The position numbers and the translations under genes were made by a program. Below are positions 8,055-15,457 of a DNA stretch of 28,217 bases, one piece after another (the first letter of the stretch is position 1; each line of letters begins with the position of its first letter). The DNA is taken from positions 62,001-90,217 of the forward strand of contig JBGQBE010000007.1 in NCBI GenBank assembly GCA_041494685.1. Direction: 5' to 3'. The DNA comes from Dehalococcoidia bacterium (lineage in GTDB: Bacteria > Chloroflexota > Dehalococcoidia > DSTF01 > JACRBR01). Below the pieces are notes generated by a model, which was given only the letters and a program-made list of their open reading frames with translations, did no database searches and had not been told where the DNA came from.

Positions 8055-9416
8055 TCAACTGACGACGCGCCGTCCTTCATGTTGCCAGGCGCCAATGCCG
8101 TATTCGAGGTTGCTGAGCATGGGCATGCCGGCGCGTTCGAGGATGGACACGGCCGTCGTCGAGCGCTCTCCGTGACCACAGTAGGTGACGATCGGCCGGT
8201 CACGCGGTAGCTCATCGATGCGCGATGACAGACTGCCGAGCGGGATATGCAGCGCTCCTTCAATGTGGCCGGCTGCGTACTCGTCAGGCTCGCGGACGTC
8301 GAGGGCAATGCCGCCGTCCATCAACACCCGGCCTGCCGCGGCTGCATCGATCATTGGAAGGGTTTCCACAGGAAGCCCAGCTTCCATCCATGCAGGGATG
8401 CCGCCTTCTAGCACGCCACCGAAACGTTCGTAGCCCACAAGCAGCGATTCATCGACCACCCGATCTGTCGATATGCCGTCGCCGGTCACGAACAGCAGTT
8501 CCGCGTCCGCCGGGACAAGCCAGCCCAGCCACACCGCGTACGCGTCACGAAACGCGTTGCTGAGTGCTCCCGCGATATGCGACGCCAGGTACTGGTCGAT
8601 AGGACGCGCGTCGATGACGATCGCCTGCCTTCGCCGCGCATCGAACTCGGACGGCGACAAGGCGGGAGGCGCCAAGATGTCTCGGCGCAGCCTCGGCCCG
8701 GCCTGATTGAAGGCCCGCATTCGGGAGTAGTACGACGGTGTCGCTGGAAAGGTCGTCGGGAACCAGCGGGCGAACTCGTCCTCATCGTCGATCGCGAGCA
8801 GAGGATTCGTCGCGCGTTCAACACCGAGTGTTGAAGCGCGTTCGCCTCCGCCGCCGGCTGAGCAAAACGACCCGCCCCCGTGCGTGGGGAACAGCAGGGT
8901 GTCGTCCGGGAGCCCGGCGTACGCTGACTTGAGCGTCCGGTACTGCGCGCGCGTGAGTTGCTCCGTCATGTCGGGCGCGATCAGATCGGTCCGAGCGGCC
9001 CCTCCGACGATCAGTGATCCGCCGCTGAACAACGCCGGCGGATGCGATCCGGCGCGGATCACGTAGCTCATGTGCTCCGGCGTGTGCCCCGGCGAAGCGA
9101 CGCTCTCGATCTCCAGGCCGTCAAGGGTCCACCGCTCTGAACTTCGAACGGCGTGGTGTGGTAACCGCAGGCCCTCACCCTGCGGGACGAAGAGCCTCGC
9201 TCCGACGCCGGCAGCAAGCTCGTGCGCCCCGGAGACGAAGTCAGCGTGGAGGTGCGTCTCAAGCACGAAGTCTATCCGCCAACCGCGAGCTGCCGCCGCG
9301 TCAAGATAGCGCTGCACGGCGCGGTCGGGATCGACCAGGATCGCGCCGCCCCGGTCGAGGCCGATCAGGTAGGAGCTGTTACCAAGACCTTCGTGGATGA
9401 AGGGAACGACGTTCAC
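8055..9416 (-). CDS. MBL-fold persulfide dioxygenase fused to pseudo-rhodanese and rhodanese domains (CstB/Blh-like)
   Basis: GTG start after GGAGGT, overlapping the MFS stop. Motifs ETHLHADFVSG, SPGHTPEH, GGAARTDL and PTHGGGSFC; C-terminal DVREPDEYAAGHIEGA and YCGHGERS active loop. Confidence 0.9.
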   Translation of the reverse strand: MNVVPFIHEGLGNSSYLIGLDRGGAILVDPDRAVQRYLDAAAARGWRIDFVLETHLHADFVSGAHELAAGVGARLFVPQGEGLRLPHHAVRSSERWTLDGLEIESVASPGHTPEHMSYVIRAGSHPPALFSGGSLIVGGAARTDLIAPDMTEQLTRAQYRTLKSAYAGLPDDTLLFPTHGGGSFCSAGGGGERASTLGVERATNPLLAIDDEDEFARWFPTTFPATPSYYSRMRAFNQAGPRLRRDILAPPALSPSEFDARRRQAIVIDARPIDQYLASHIAGALSNAFRDAYAVWLGWLVPADAELLFVTGDGISTDRVVDESLLVGYERFGGVLEGGIPAWMEAGLPVETLPMIDAAAAGRVLMDGGIALDVREPDEYAAGHIEGALHIPLGSLSSRIDELPRDRPIVTYCGHGERSTTAVSILERAGMPMLSNLEYGIGAWQHEGRRVVS

Positions 9417-10711
9417 AAAGAGACCTCCGCAGGAAGCACCACAGACGGGGGTGAACGAAGCGCCACTGCGGCAACGGCGCCGGAGACCGCAGTCAGCACG
9501 GCGACGGTCTGAATCGCCGCATTGAAACCGAAGACATCGGCCAGCGCTCCGGCCGCGAGCGCCCCGGCGATGGCGCCGGCATCGCGCCAGAAGCGATAGA
9601 CCCCGAGTGCTGTCGCCCTCTCTCCGGGATGGACCGCGTCTCCGGTCGCGGCGAGCAGCGCCGGATAGACCATCGCCGTGCCGAGCCCGAGAAGCGCCAG
9701 GGCGGCCAACCAGAGACCGAACTCTGTCGATACTCCGACGATCGAAATGGCGAGCGCCTGCAACAGCATACCGGCGACGATCAGCGGCTTTCGTCCGGCG
9801 ACATCGCTCGCCCACCCCGTGACGAGCTGTAGTCCACCCCAGATGAGCGGATAGGTCGCCGCAAGGATAGCGACGCGGTTGAGCGAGAGACCGTGACTGG
9901 CAAAGAACAGCGGAAAGATGCCCCACGCGAGTCCGTCGTTGAGGTTGTTGACGAAGCCGGCTTGCGAAATGCCCACGAGATGCCCGTCCCGCCACGTCCC
10001 TGCCGCGAAGCTCCGGCCAAGCGACGCTGCCGGTGCGCTTGCGGCGGTCGTTGCGGACTCGATCGTGACAAACGGAGCCGTGTCACGGATGAGGAGCACG
10101 CTCAATGCGAGCCCGCACGCGACGAATGCGATCCCGAGGTACCACGGTTCGGGGCGCAGGCCGTGCGCACTGGCGATGGCGCCCGCGGCGAACGCGGCCG
10201 CCGCGACGGCGAGGTAGCCGGCGGCCTCATTGAGCCCGAGGGCGAGACCGCGTCGCCGCGGGCCGGCGAGGTCGATCTTCATGTTTACGGTCATCGACCA
10301 CGCAAGTCCCTGGTTCAGACCAAGCAGTGCGTTGGCGGCGATCACCCATCCCCACGCGGGCGCGAAGATGATGACGAAGGGCACAGGGAGCCCGAAGAGC
10401 CAGCCTGCGATCAGTATTGAGCGTCGAGAGAAACGTTCGGAGAGGCGACCGGCGAACAGATTGGCGATCGCCTTCGCCAGGCCGAACGTCGCGATGAACG
10501 AAACGGCGACGGTCTTCGATGCGATGCCGAACTCGTCCTTGGCAAGCACCGGCAGGATCGAACGCTCCAAGCCCACCATGCCGCCGACAAACGCGTTGGT
10601 TGCGACGAGCAGCGCGAACTGCTGCCAGTTCGCGCCAAGGCCGAGGGTCGGCGCAGCGCCCTCCTGGGCGCCGCTCGAACCGCCTGCTGAGCTTCCGATC
10701 GCGAGCCTCAT
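9413..10711 (-). CDS. MFS transporter
   Basis: About 12 hydrophobic segments with motif A-like GRLSERFSRR and GWASDVAGRK; LGVYRFWRDAG. ATGA overlap with the upstream gene; the ORF-track extension to 11080 is spurious. Confidence 0.92.
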   Translation of the reverse strand: MRLAIGSSAGGSSGAQEGAAPTLGLGANWQQFALLVATNAFVGGMVGLERSILPVLAKDEFGIASKTVAVSFIATFGLAKAIANLFAGRLSERFSRRSILIAGWLFGLPVPFVIIFAPAWGWVIAANALLGLNQGLAWSMTVNMKIDLAGPRRRGLALGLNEAAGYLAVAAAAFAAGAIASAHGLRPEPWYLGIAFVACGLALSVLLIRDTAPFVTIESATTAASAPAASLGRSFAAGTWRDGHLVGISQAGFVNNLNDGLAWGIFPLFFASHGLSLNRVAILAATYPLIWGGLQLVTGWASDVAGRKPLIVAGMLLQALAISIVGVSTEFGLWLAALALLGLGTAMVYPALLAATGDAVHPGERATALGVYRFWRDAGAIAGALAAGALADVFGFNAAIQTVAVLTAVSGAVAAVALRSPPSVVLPAEVSL

Positions 10712-11190
10712 ACCCTGACGAGATCGGCACTCCCAAACAGCGCCCTGTAGACGAGGGACGGAATGCAGAAGTGCGACACCGTGATGATGGCAGCGGTCGC
10801 GAACAGCGCGCCACCGAGCAGATAGCCGGCGATGTCGAGATCGGCGTAGAAGAGCCCGCCGGTTGCCAGGAGCCAGACGCTCGCCATGCCGCACGCGAAT
10901 CGGCGCGGGGCGCCATTGCGGGGCAACTCCGGCGTGCCCGTGACGTGACGAATGCCGAGGTTGTAGATCAGGTCGAACGGATGAAACGGGAGGACGGCGC
11001 CGAGCGCCGCGAAGATCATCAGCCCCCAGAGAATAGCCGGTGAAGCGAGCGCCGTCCCGATCGCGGCGATCGTTGCGCATAGCCCTGGTGACAGCCGGAG
11101 CCAGATCTGCGTCTGGGCGAGCGTCGCATCATCCACGCATGCATAGCCCTGAATGTCGAGTCGATGCCGTAGCGTTGGCGACAGCCTCAT
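10708..11190 (-). CDS. DUF4395-like membrane protein
   Basis: Four hydrophobic segments; HPFDLIY, PRRFACGM and HFCIPSLVY match the DUF4395-type PxRFA / FC motifs as remembered. Confidence 0.7.
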   Translation of the reverse strand: MRLSPTLRHRLDIQGYACVDDATLAQTQIWLRLSPGLCATIAAIGTALASPAILWGLMIFAALGAVLPFHPFDLIYNLGIRHVTGTPELPRNGAPRRFACGMASVWLLATGGLFYADLDIAGYLLGGALFATAAIITVSHFCIPSLVYRALFGSADLVRV

Positions 11191-11197
11191 GTGTCCA

Positions 11198-11983
11198 CTA
11201 CCTCGGCTTCACGCCGCAGAAACTCACGCCGCGCGTCTCGAACTCCTTGGCGTCGGACTCGTGTTTCGAACCGGAGTAGACATCGGTCTGTTCACCCCAC
11301 CGCACGTCGGTAAAGCCGACCTGGTCCAGCACCCACTTCCACTCGTCCGGTGTCAGTGCGCCAGCGATGCAATTCGACCAGAGCTCCACGTCGTCCTTCG
11401 CCTCTTGCGGTACGTCGATGTGGACCACGATGTCGCCGACCTGAAAACGGCCGCCCGGCTTGAGCACGCGATAGACCTCGCGCATGACGGCCTCTTTGTC
11501 CGGTGTGAGGTTGAGCACACCGTTGCTGATCACGACGTCGACGCTACCCTCTGCCACTGGCAGTTCTTCCAGATATCCGTCGCGCACATCAACGTTCGTG
11601 AGGCCAAGCGCTTCCGCTCCTGCCTTCGCCTTCTCGCGCATCGCTGGAGTCATGTCCACCGCGATCACGTGGCCCGAGTCTCCGACCTTGAGTGCGGCCT
11701 GCAGTGTGTCGAAGCCGGCACCGCACCCCATGTCGACCACGGTCTCGCCTGGGCGGATGTCGCCCATCGAAAACGGATTGCCGGTACCGGCGAATGACTC
11801 CACGGAGGATTGAGGCAACCGATCAACGTCTGCGTCTGCGTAGCCGAGCATCTTCGCCAGCGGTCGCCCTGTGTGGAAGTGAAAGCCCTTCTCAGGCTCT
11901 TGAGCAACCTCGGTGTACTTGTCGCTGATTCCGCGTCGCAAACGGTCGCGATCGACATTGGCGGCTACCACTTGATCTACCAT
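11198..11983 (-). CDS. ArsM-like class I SAM-dependent methyltransferase, non-canonical (one conserved Cys)
   Basis: GGGAGG RBS. SAM motif VVDMGCGAGFD plus VDMTPAM, VDVVISNGVLNLTPDK, RVLKPGG and LWSNCIAGAL; N-terminal FHFHTGR. Confidence 0.88.
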   Translation of the reverse strand: MVDQVVAANVDRDRLRRGISDKYTEVAQEPEKGFHFHTGRPLAKMLGYADADVDRLPQSSVESFAGTGNPFSMGDIRPGETVVDMGCGAGFDTLQAALKVGDSGHVIAVDMTPAMREKAKAGAEALGLTNVDVRDGYLEELPVAEGSVDVVISNGVLNLTPDKEAVMREVYRVLKPGGRFQVGDIVVHIDVPQEAKDDVELWSNCIAGALTPDEWKWVLDQVGFTDVRWGEQTDVYSGSKHESDAKEFETRGVSFCGVKPR

Positions 11984-12003
11984 GTTTGAGTCCTCCCTTT
12001 ACG

Positions 12004-12144
12004 TTACGTTGATGCTGTAGCGCCCGACACCAGGCATTCGACTAGATTCGCGGCGGTGACGATCCGCGCACCTCGATGAGATCGGCGTCGCCGATGCCGC
12101 GCGGCTTCGTGCACGCGGCGCATGTGAAGCTGAAGCGTGCCTAT
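12004..12144 (-). pseudogene. DsrE/DsrF-family sulfur-relay gene remnant (truncated or internally deleted, with a 1-bp frameshift)
   Basis: The minus strand reads CAACTKPRGIGDADLIE (12122-12072). After a 1-bp deletion at about 12072 it continues GARIVTAANLVECLVSGATAST* (stop 12004-12006), a typical DsrE C-terminal half. Confidence 0.75.
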
Positions 12145-12151
12145 GCGGGCG

Positions 12152-12180
12152 ATCCTATCCCCCAGTTGTCTGTTTGTCAA
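12152..12180 (-). promoter_or_regulatory. Sigma70-type promoter of the sulfur operon
   Basis: Minus strand TTGACA (12180-12175), 17-nt spacer, TAGGAT (12157-12152). Confidence 0.75.
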
Positions 12181-12193
12181 TAGATTTATTGAC
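12176..12193. promoter_or_regulatory. Palindromic operator, likely bound by the ArsR-rhodanese regulator
   Basis: GTCAATA-GATT-TATTGAC is an AT-rich inverted repeat overlapping the -35 of the leftward promoter. Confidence 0.7.
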
Positions 12194-12196
12194 CTA

Positions 12197-12225
12197 TTGC
12201 GGAGATTCTCCGCGGATCGTACAGT
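12197..12225 (+). promoter_or_regulatory. Promoter for a probably leaderless ArsR-rhodanese transcript
   Basis: TTGCGG (12197-12202), 17 nt, TACAGT (12220-12225), then ATG 6 nt later with no SD. Contains the palindrome GCGGAGA-T-TCTCCGC (12199-12213). Confidence 0.55.
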
Positions 12226-12231
12226 GCAGGC

Positions 12232-12897
12232 ATGTCACACCGTCCGTTCAAGCAGCGCCTCTACCCGCTCTTCGCCCGGATCGGTCACGCGCTGGCCAGC
12301 GACCGCCGCCTCGAGCTGCTCGACCTCCTCGCCCAGTCGCCACGCCACGTCGAAGCCCTGGCAACCGAGACCGATATGTCCGTCGCCAGCGTCTCGCAGC
12401 ACCTGCAGGTACTTCGGAACGCGCACCTTGTCGAGACCGAGCGTGAGGGCACGAAGGTCCGGTACAGGCTCGCCGGCGACGACGTGCTCAAGCTCTGGCT
12501 CTCGCTGAGAACGGTCGCCGAGAATCGTCTGGCAGAGGTCGCTCAGTTGAGGCGGGACTTCGCGGTAGAGCGTGCCGGCGTCGATGAGGTGTCGCGCGAT
12601 GAGCTACGGGTGCTGATCGACCAGGGCAAGATCATGCTCATCGACGTCCGGCCCCGCATCGAGTTCGAACACGGACACCTACCCGGCGCCGTTTCGATCC
12701 CGGTCGATGAGCTGCCGGCGCGACTCGCCACGCTGCCGAAGCGACGCCGCATCGTCGCCTACTGCCGCGGGGAGTACTGCCTCTTCGCCGACGACGCGGT
12801 GGCTCTGCTTCGCGCCGAAGGCTTCAACGCCGTGCGCCTCGACGGCGGCTGGCCCGAATGGTTTGGTGAGGGCCGAGCTGTCGTCGAAGAGTCCTAA
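12232..12897 (+). CDS. ArsR/SmtB-family regulator fused to a rhodanese domain
   Basis: ArsR wHTH (ALASDRRLELLDLL...SVSQHLQVLRNAHLV...YRL) followed by rhodanese (IDVRPRIEFEHGHLPGAVSIP, AYCRGEYC). Confidence 0.93.
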   Translation: MSHRPFKQRLYPLFARIGHALASDRRLELLDLLAQSPRHVEALATETDMSVASVSQHLQVLRNAHLVETEREGTKVRYRLAGDDVLKLWLSLRTVAENRLAEVAQLRRDFAVERAGVDEVSRDELRVLIDQGKIMLIDVRPRIEFEHGHLPGAVSIPVDELPARLATLPKRRRIVAYCRGEYCLFADDAVALLRAEGFNAVRLDGGWPEWFGEGRAVVEES

Positions 12898-12909
12898 CCC
12901 GTTTGTGAA

Positions 12910-12961
12910 GGCGTCGGGTGCAACAGGCAACAGGCGGCCCTGTCTGAGCCCACCTGATGCC
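12910..12961. terminator. Stem-loop downstream of the ArsR-rhodanese gene, between convergent genes
   Basis: GGCGTCGGGTG/CACCTGATGCC stem (two G-U pairs) enclosing an inner ACAGG/CCTGT hairpin. Confidence 0.4.
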
Positions 12962-13170
12962 GCGATACTGGTCACGTAACTCGGGGACTGGACATGATGT
13001 GTGGATGCAGCCACGGCTGCATCGTACGGCGCCAGGATGCCGCATCTATCGAGTCGCCATCGGCCGCCGCGGCTATCGCCCCTGGCGCGTGTTCCATCGG
13101 CGTCCGCAAGCGCCTCAGCTTGCCACCGGCGGCGGCGCACGGGCGTCCTATGGCCTCCGGATGCCGGCGT

Positions 13171-14400
13171 CTACATCCGGCCCTGCAAGATGCCGTGCCA
13201 GTAGATCGCCGGCAGCCCGTACTTCTTGAACAGGTACATGCTGAGACGCTCCTTCGACTGGTCGAACGGGAACGTCTCCCGGGGCGTCAGGTCGTAGTCG
13301 AACTCGGCCATGACGAGCTTCCCGTAGCCGGTGACCAGCGGACACGCCGCGTAGCCATCGTACGAGGCCACAAGCGGCCGCCCCTCCATCGCGGCCACGA
13401 GATTCTGCACCAGCACGGGTGCCTGCTTGCGGATCGCGGCGCCCGTCTTCGACGTCGGCAGGCTGCTCGCGTCGCCCAGGCTGAACGCGTTCGGGTAGCG
13501 CACGTGCTGCAGCGTGCACTTGTCGACGTCCACCCACCCCGCCTCGTTCGCCAGCGGGCTGCGCTTGACGAAGTCCGGCGCGCTCTGCGGCGGCGTGACG
13601 TGGATCATCTCGTACGGTATGGAGATCAGGTCGCCCGAATCGAGATGCTCGAACACCGCTTCCTTGGACTCCGGGATGATCTCGACAAGGTTGTGCCGGT
13701 AGCGCACGTCGATCCCCTTGCGCGCGATCACCTTCTTCAGCGCCTCGGCGTACTTCGGCACGGAGAAGATGCCGGCGCCCGCCGTGCCGAAGATGACGTT
13801 CGCGCGGTCGCGCACGCCCGCCTTCCGGAAGTGGTCGTCGGCCAGGTACATGACCTTCTGCGGCGCGCCACCGCATTTGATCGGCGTGTTCGGATGGGTG
13901 AAGATCGCGTTCCCGCCCTTGAACGCCTTGATGAACTCCCAGGTCTTGTCGACGTACTCGTACGAATAGTTGCTGCAGACGCCCTTGCGGCCGAGCGCCC
14001 GGGGCAACCCCTTCACCTTCTCCCAGTCGATCTGAATGCCCGGCGCGACGACGAGGTATTCGTAGCTCACCTGGGTGCCGTCACTTGTGACGACGGTGTT
14101 CTCGTCCGGGCACATCTGCACCACCGCGTCACGGATCCACGTGGTCCCCTTGGGGATGTACGCCGCCTCGCTGTGCTCGGTCACCTTCTTATCGAAGACG
14201 CCGCCGCCGACGAGCGTCCACAGCGGCTGGTAGTAGTGCTTGTCCGAAGGCTCGATGATCGCGATATCGGTATCGCGCCGCGCGCGTCGTAGCCGCGCGG
14301 CGACGCTGAGCCCCGCGTTACCGCCGCCGATGATCACGACCTGGTGCCGCACCGCCTTGCCCGCGGGGATGCTCGCTGGGTTCGTGGCCTCGCTTACCAT
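13171..14400 (-). CDS. sqr: Sulfide:quinone oxidoreductase, type II-like
   Basis: Rossmann motif IIGGGNAG, HYYQPLWTLVGGG, VCSNY, redox-Cys motifs IKCGGAPQK and YAACPLVTGYGK, plus SKTGAAIRKQ and LVMAEFDY. Confidence 0.9.
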   Translation of the reverse strand: MVSEATNPASIPAGKAVRHQVVIIGGGNAGLSVAARLRRARRDTDIAIIEPSDKHYYQPLWTLVGGGVFDKKVTEHSEAAYIPKGTTWIRDAVVQMCPDENTVVTSDGTQVSYEYLVVAPGIQIDWEKVKGLPRALGRKGVCSNYSYEYVDKTWEFIKAFKGGNAIFTHPNTPIKCGGAPQKVMYLADDHFRKAGVRDRANVIFGTAGAGIFSVPKYAEALKKVIARKGIDVRYRHNLVEIIPESKEAVFEHLDSGDLISIPYEMIHVTPPQSAPDFVKRSPLANEAGWVDVDKCTLQHVRYPNAFSLGDASSLPTSKTGAAIRKQAPVLVQNLVAAMEGRPLVASYDGYAACPLVTGYGKLVMAEFDYDLTPRETFPFDQSKERLSMYLFKKYGLPAIYWHGILQGRM

Positions 14401-14434
14401 GTGCGCCGCCTCTCCGCCCCTCCGGGCTACTCGA

Positions 14435-14461
14435 TAAAGTCGATATAAAAACTCGACTTTA
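14435..14461. promoter_or_regulatory. Palindromic operator upstream of sqr
   Basis: Perfect TAAAGTCGA-N9-TCGACTTTA repeat in an AT-rich patch 35-61 nt upstream of the sqr ATG. Confidence 0.7.
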
Positions 14462-14729
14462 CGTTAGGCGTGCGCCACTACGGCAAGGCAGTGCCGCATG
14501 GCACGTAGCTACCGTGCCGAATGGCCCCTGCCGCGACGCGTGGGCGGGGCGGCGAACTCCGCGAAGAGGCGAATGCCGGCTGATGCGACCGATCACGCGA
14601 AGGCGCCGCACATGCGCCGGCCCGCGGTTACCGCTCGCTGGGAAGCGCTGGAGGTCGCGCACCGGTGGGAGGGCCGGGCATCGCAGCCCCGCGCTGCCGA
14701 GAACGCCACGCCGCCCTCCCGCGCGATCC

Positions 14730-15386
14730 TCAGCTGCGCGTCCGTACGGAGTTCGCGCCTGGCGCAGGTTCCAACAACAGCGCACGCAGGGCGCGCTGCA
14801 CGACGCGCCGCGCCATGATGGGCGAGAGCTTCTGGTGCGATCGCAGCGTCTCCCACGCCGCCCACGTCGTGACTGCCGCGGCGGCGGCGAGCAGTTCCGC
14901 GCGGTCCGCCCGCTTCCGCCCCGCGAGTTCCGTCGCAAACACACGCGCTACCTCGTCGCGGTCGCGCCGGCGCACCCAGTTGAGGCGCTCGGCGATGCCT
15001 TGCGAGAACGGCTCCGAGAGGAGCGCGGCGCGGCGCACCGGCGTGATCGCCTCGAAGAGCCGGGCGCGCGCGGCGACGTAGGCGCCCAGGCGCACGTTCA
15101 GTGTGCCGCCGACGGGCACCGGGCGTTGCGCCTCCAGCAGGCGGCGTACCTGGCTGTCAGCGGCGAGTGCGAGCAGATCTTCGCGATCCTGGAAGTGGTG
15201 AAATACGGTGCGCTGCGCGATGCCCGCACGGGCGCTGATCTGCTGCGCGGTCGGGCGCAGGTACCCCTCGTCGATCAGTGAAAGCAGCGCATCGACGACG
15301 GCATCGCGCGTGCGCTCGGAGCGGACGGCGCGCCCATCCTCGCGCGACAGGACGGGCCGGGCGCGGTTCGAGGCAGGCTTCTTCAT
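14730..15386 (-). CDS. TetR/AcrR-family transcriptional regulator
   Basis: DGRAVRSERTRDAVVDALL...PTAQQISARAGIAQRTVFHHFQDREDLL N-terminal HTH. Confidence 0.92.
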   Translation of the reverse strand: MKKPASNRARPVLSREDGRAVRSERTRDAVVDALLSLIDEGYLRPTAQQISARAGIAQRTVFHHFQDREDLLALAADSQVRRLLEAQRPVPVGGTLNVRLGAYVAARARLFEAITPVRRAALLSEPFSQGIAERLNWVRRRDRDEVARVFATELAGRKRADRAELLAAAAAVTTWAAWETLRSHQKLSPIMARRVVQRALRALLLEPAPGANSVRTRS

Positions 15387-15393
15387 GCGCGGG

Positions 15394-15426
15394 AGGCTAT
15401 CGCTTATTGCGATAACGTGCAATAAG
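15394..15426 (-). promoter_or_regulatory. Leaderless TetR promoter with overlapping palindromic operator
   Basis: TTGCAC (15422-15417), 17 nt, TAGCCT (15399-15394), then ATG 7 nt later. Inverted repeat CTTATTGC-N8-GCAATAAG at 15403-15426. Confidence 0.7.
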
Positions 15427-15457
15427 TGGAAATAACGGCACCGGCCGGGCGGCGCGG

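Noticed and set aside
11198..11983. Canonical arsenite methyltransferase arsM, or a selenoprotein
   Set aside because: The key ArsM cysteines are missing and no arsB/acr3/arsC is nearby. The remaining Cys is TGC, not TGA.
14461..14729. GTTAGGC (attC core-like) and several GC hairpins between sqr and TetR, as an integron site or riboswitch
   Set aside because: No paired RYYYAAC or L boxes, no integrase and no recognisable riboswitch consensus. Short GC stems are expected by chance.
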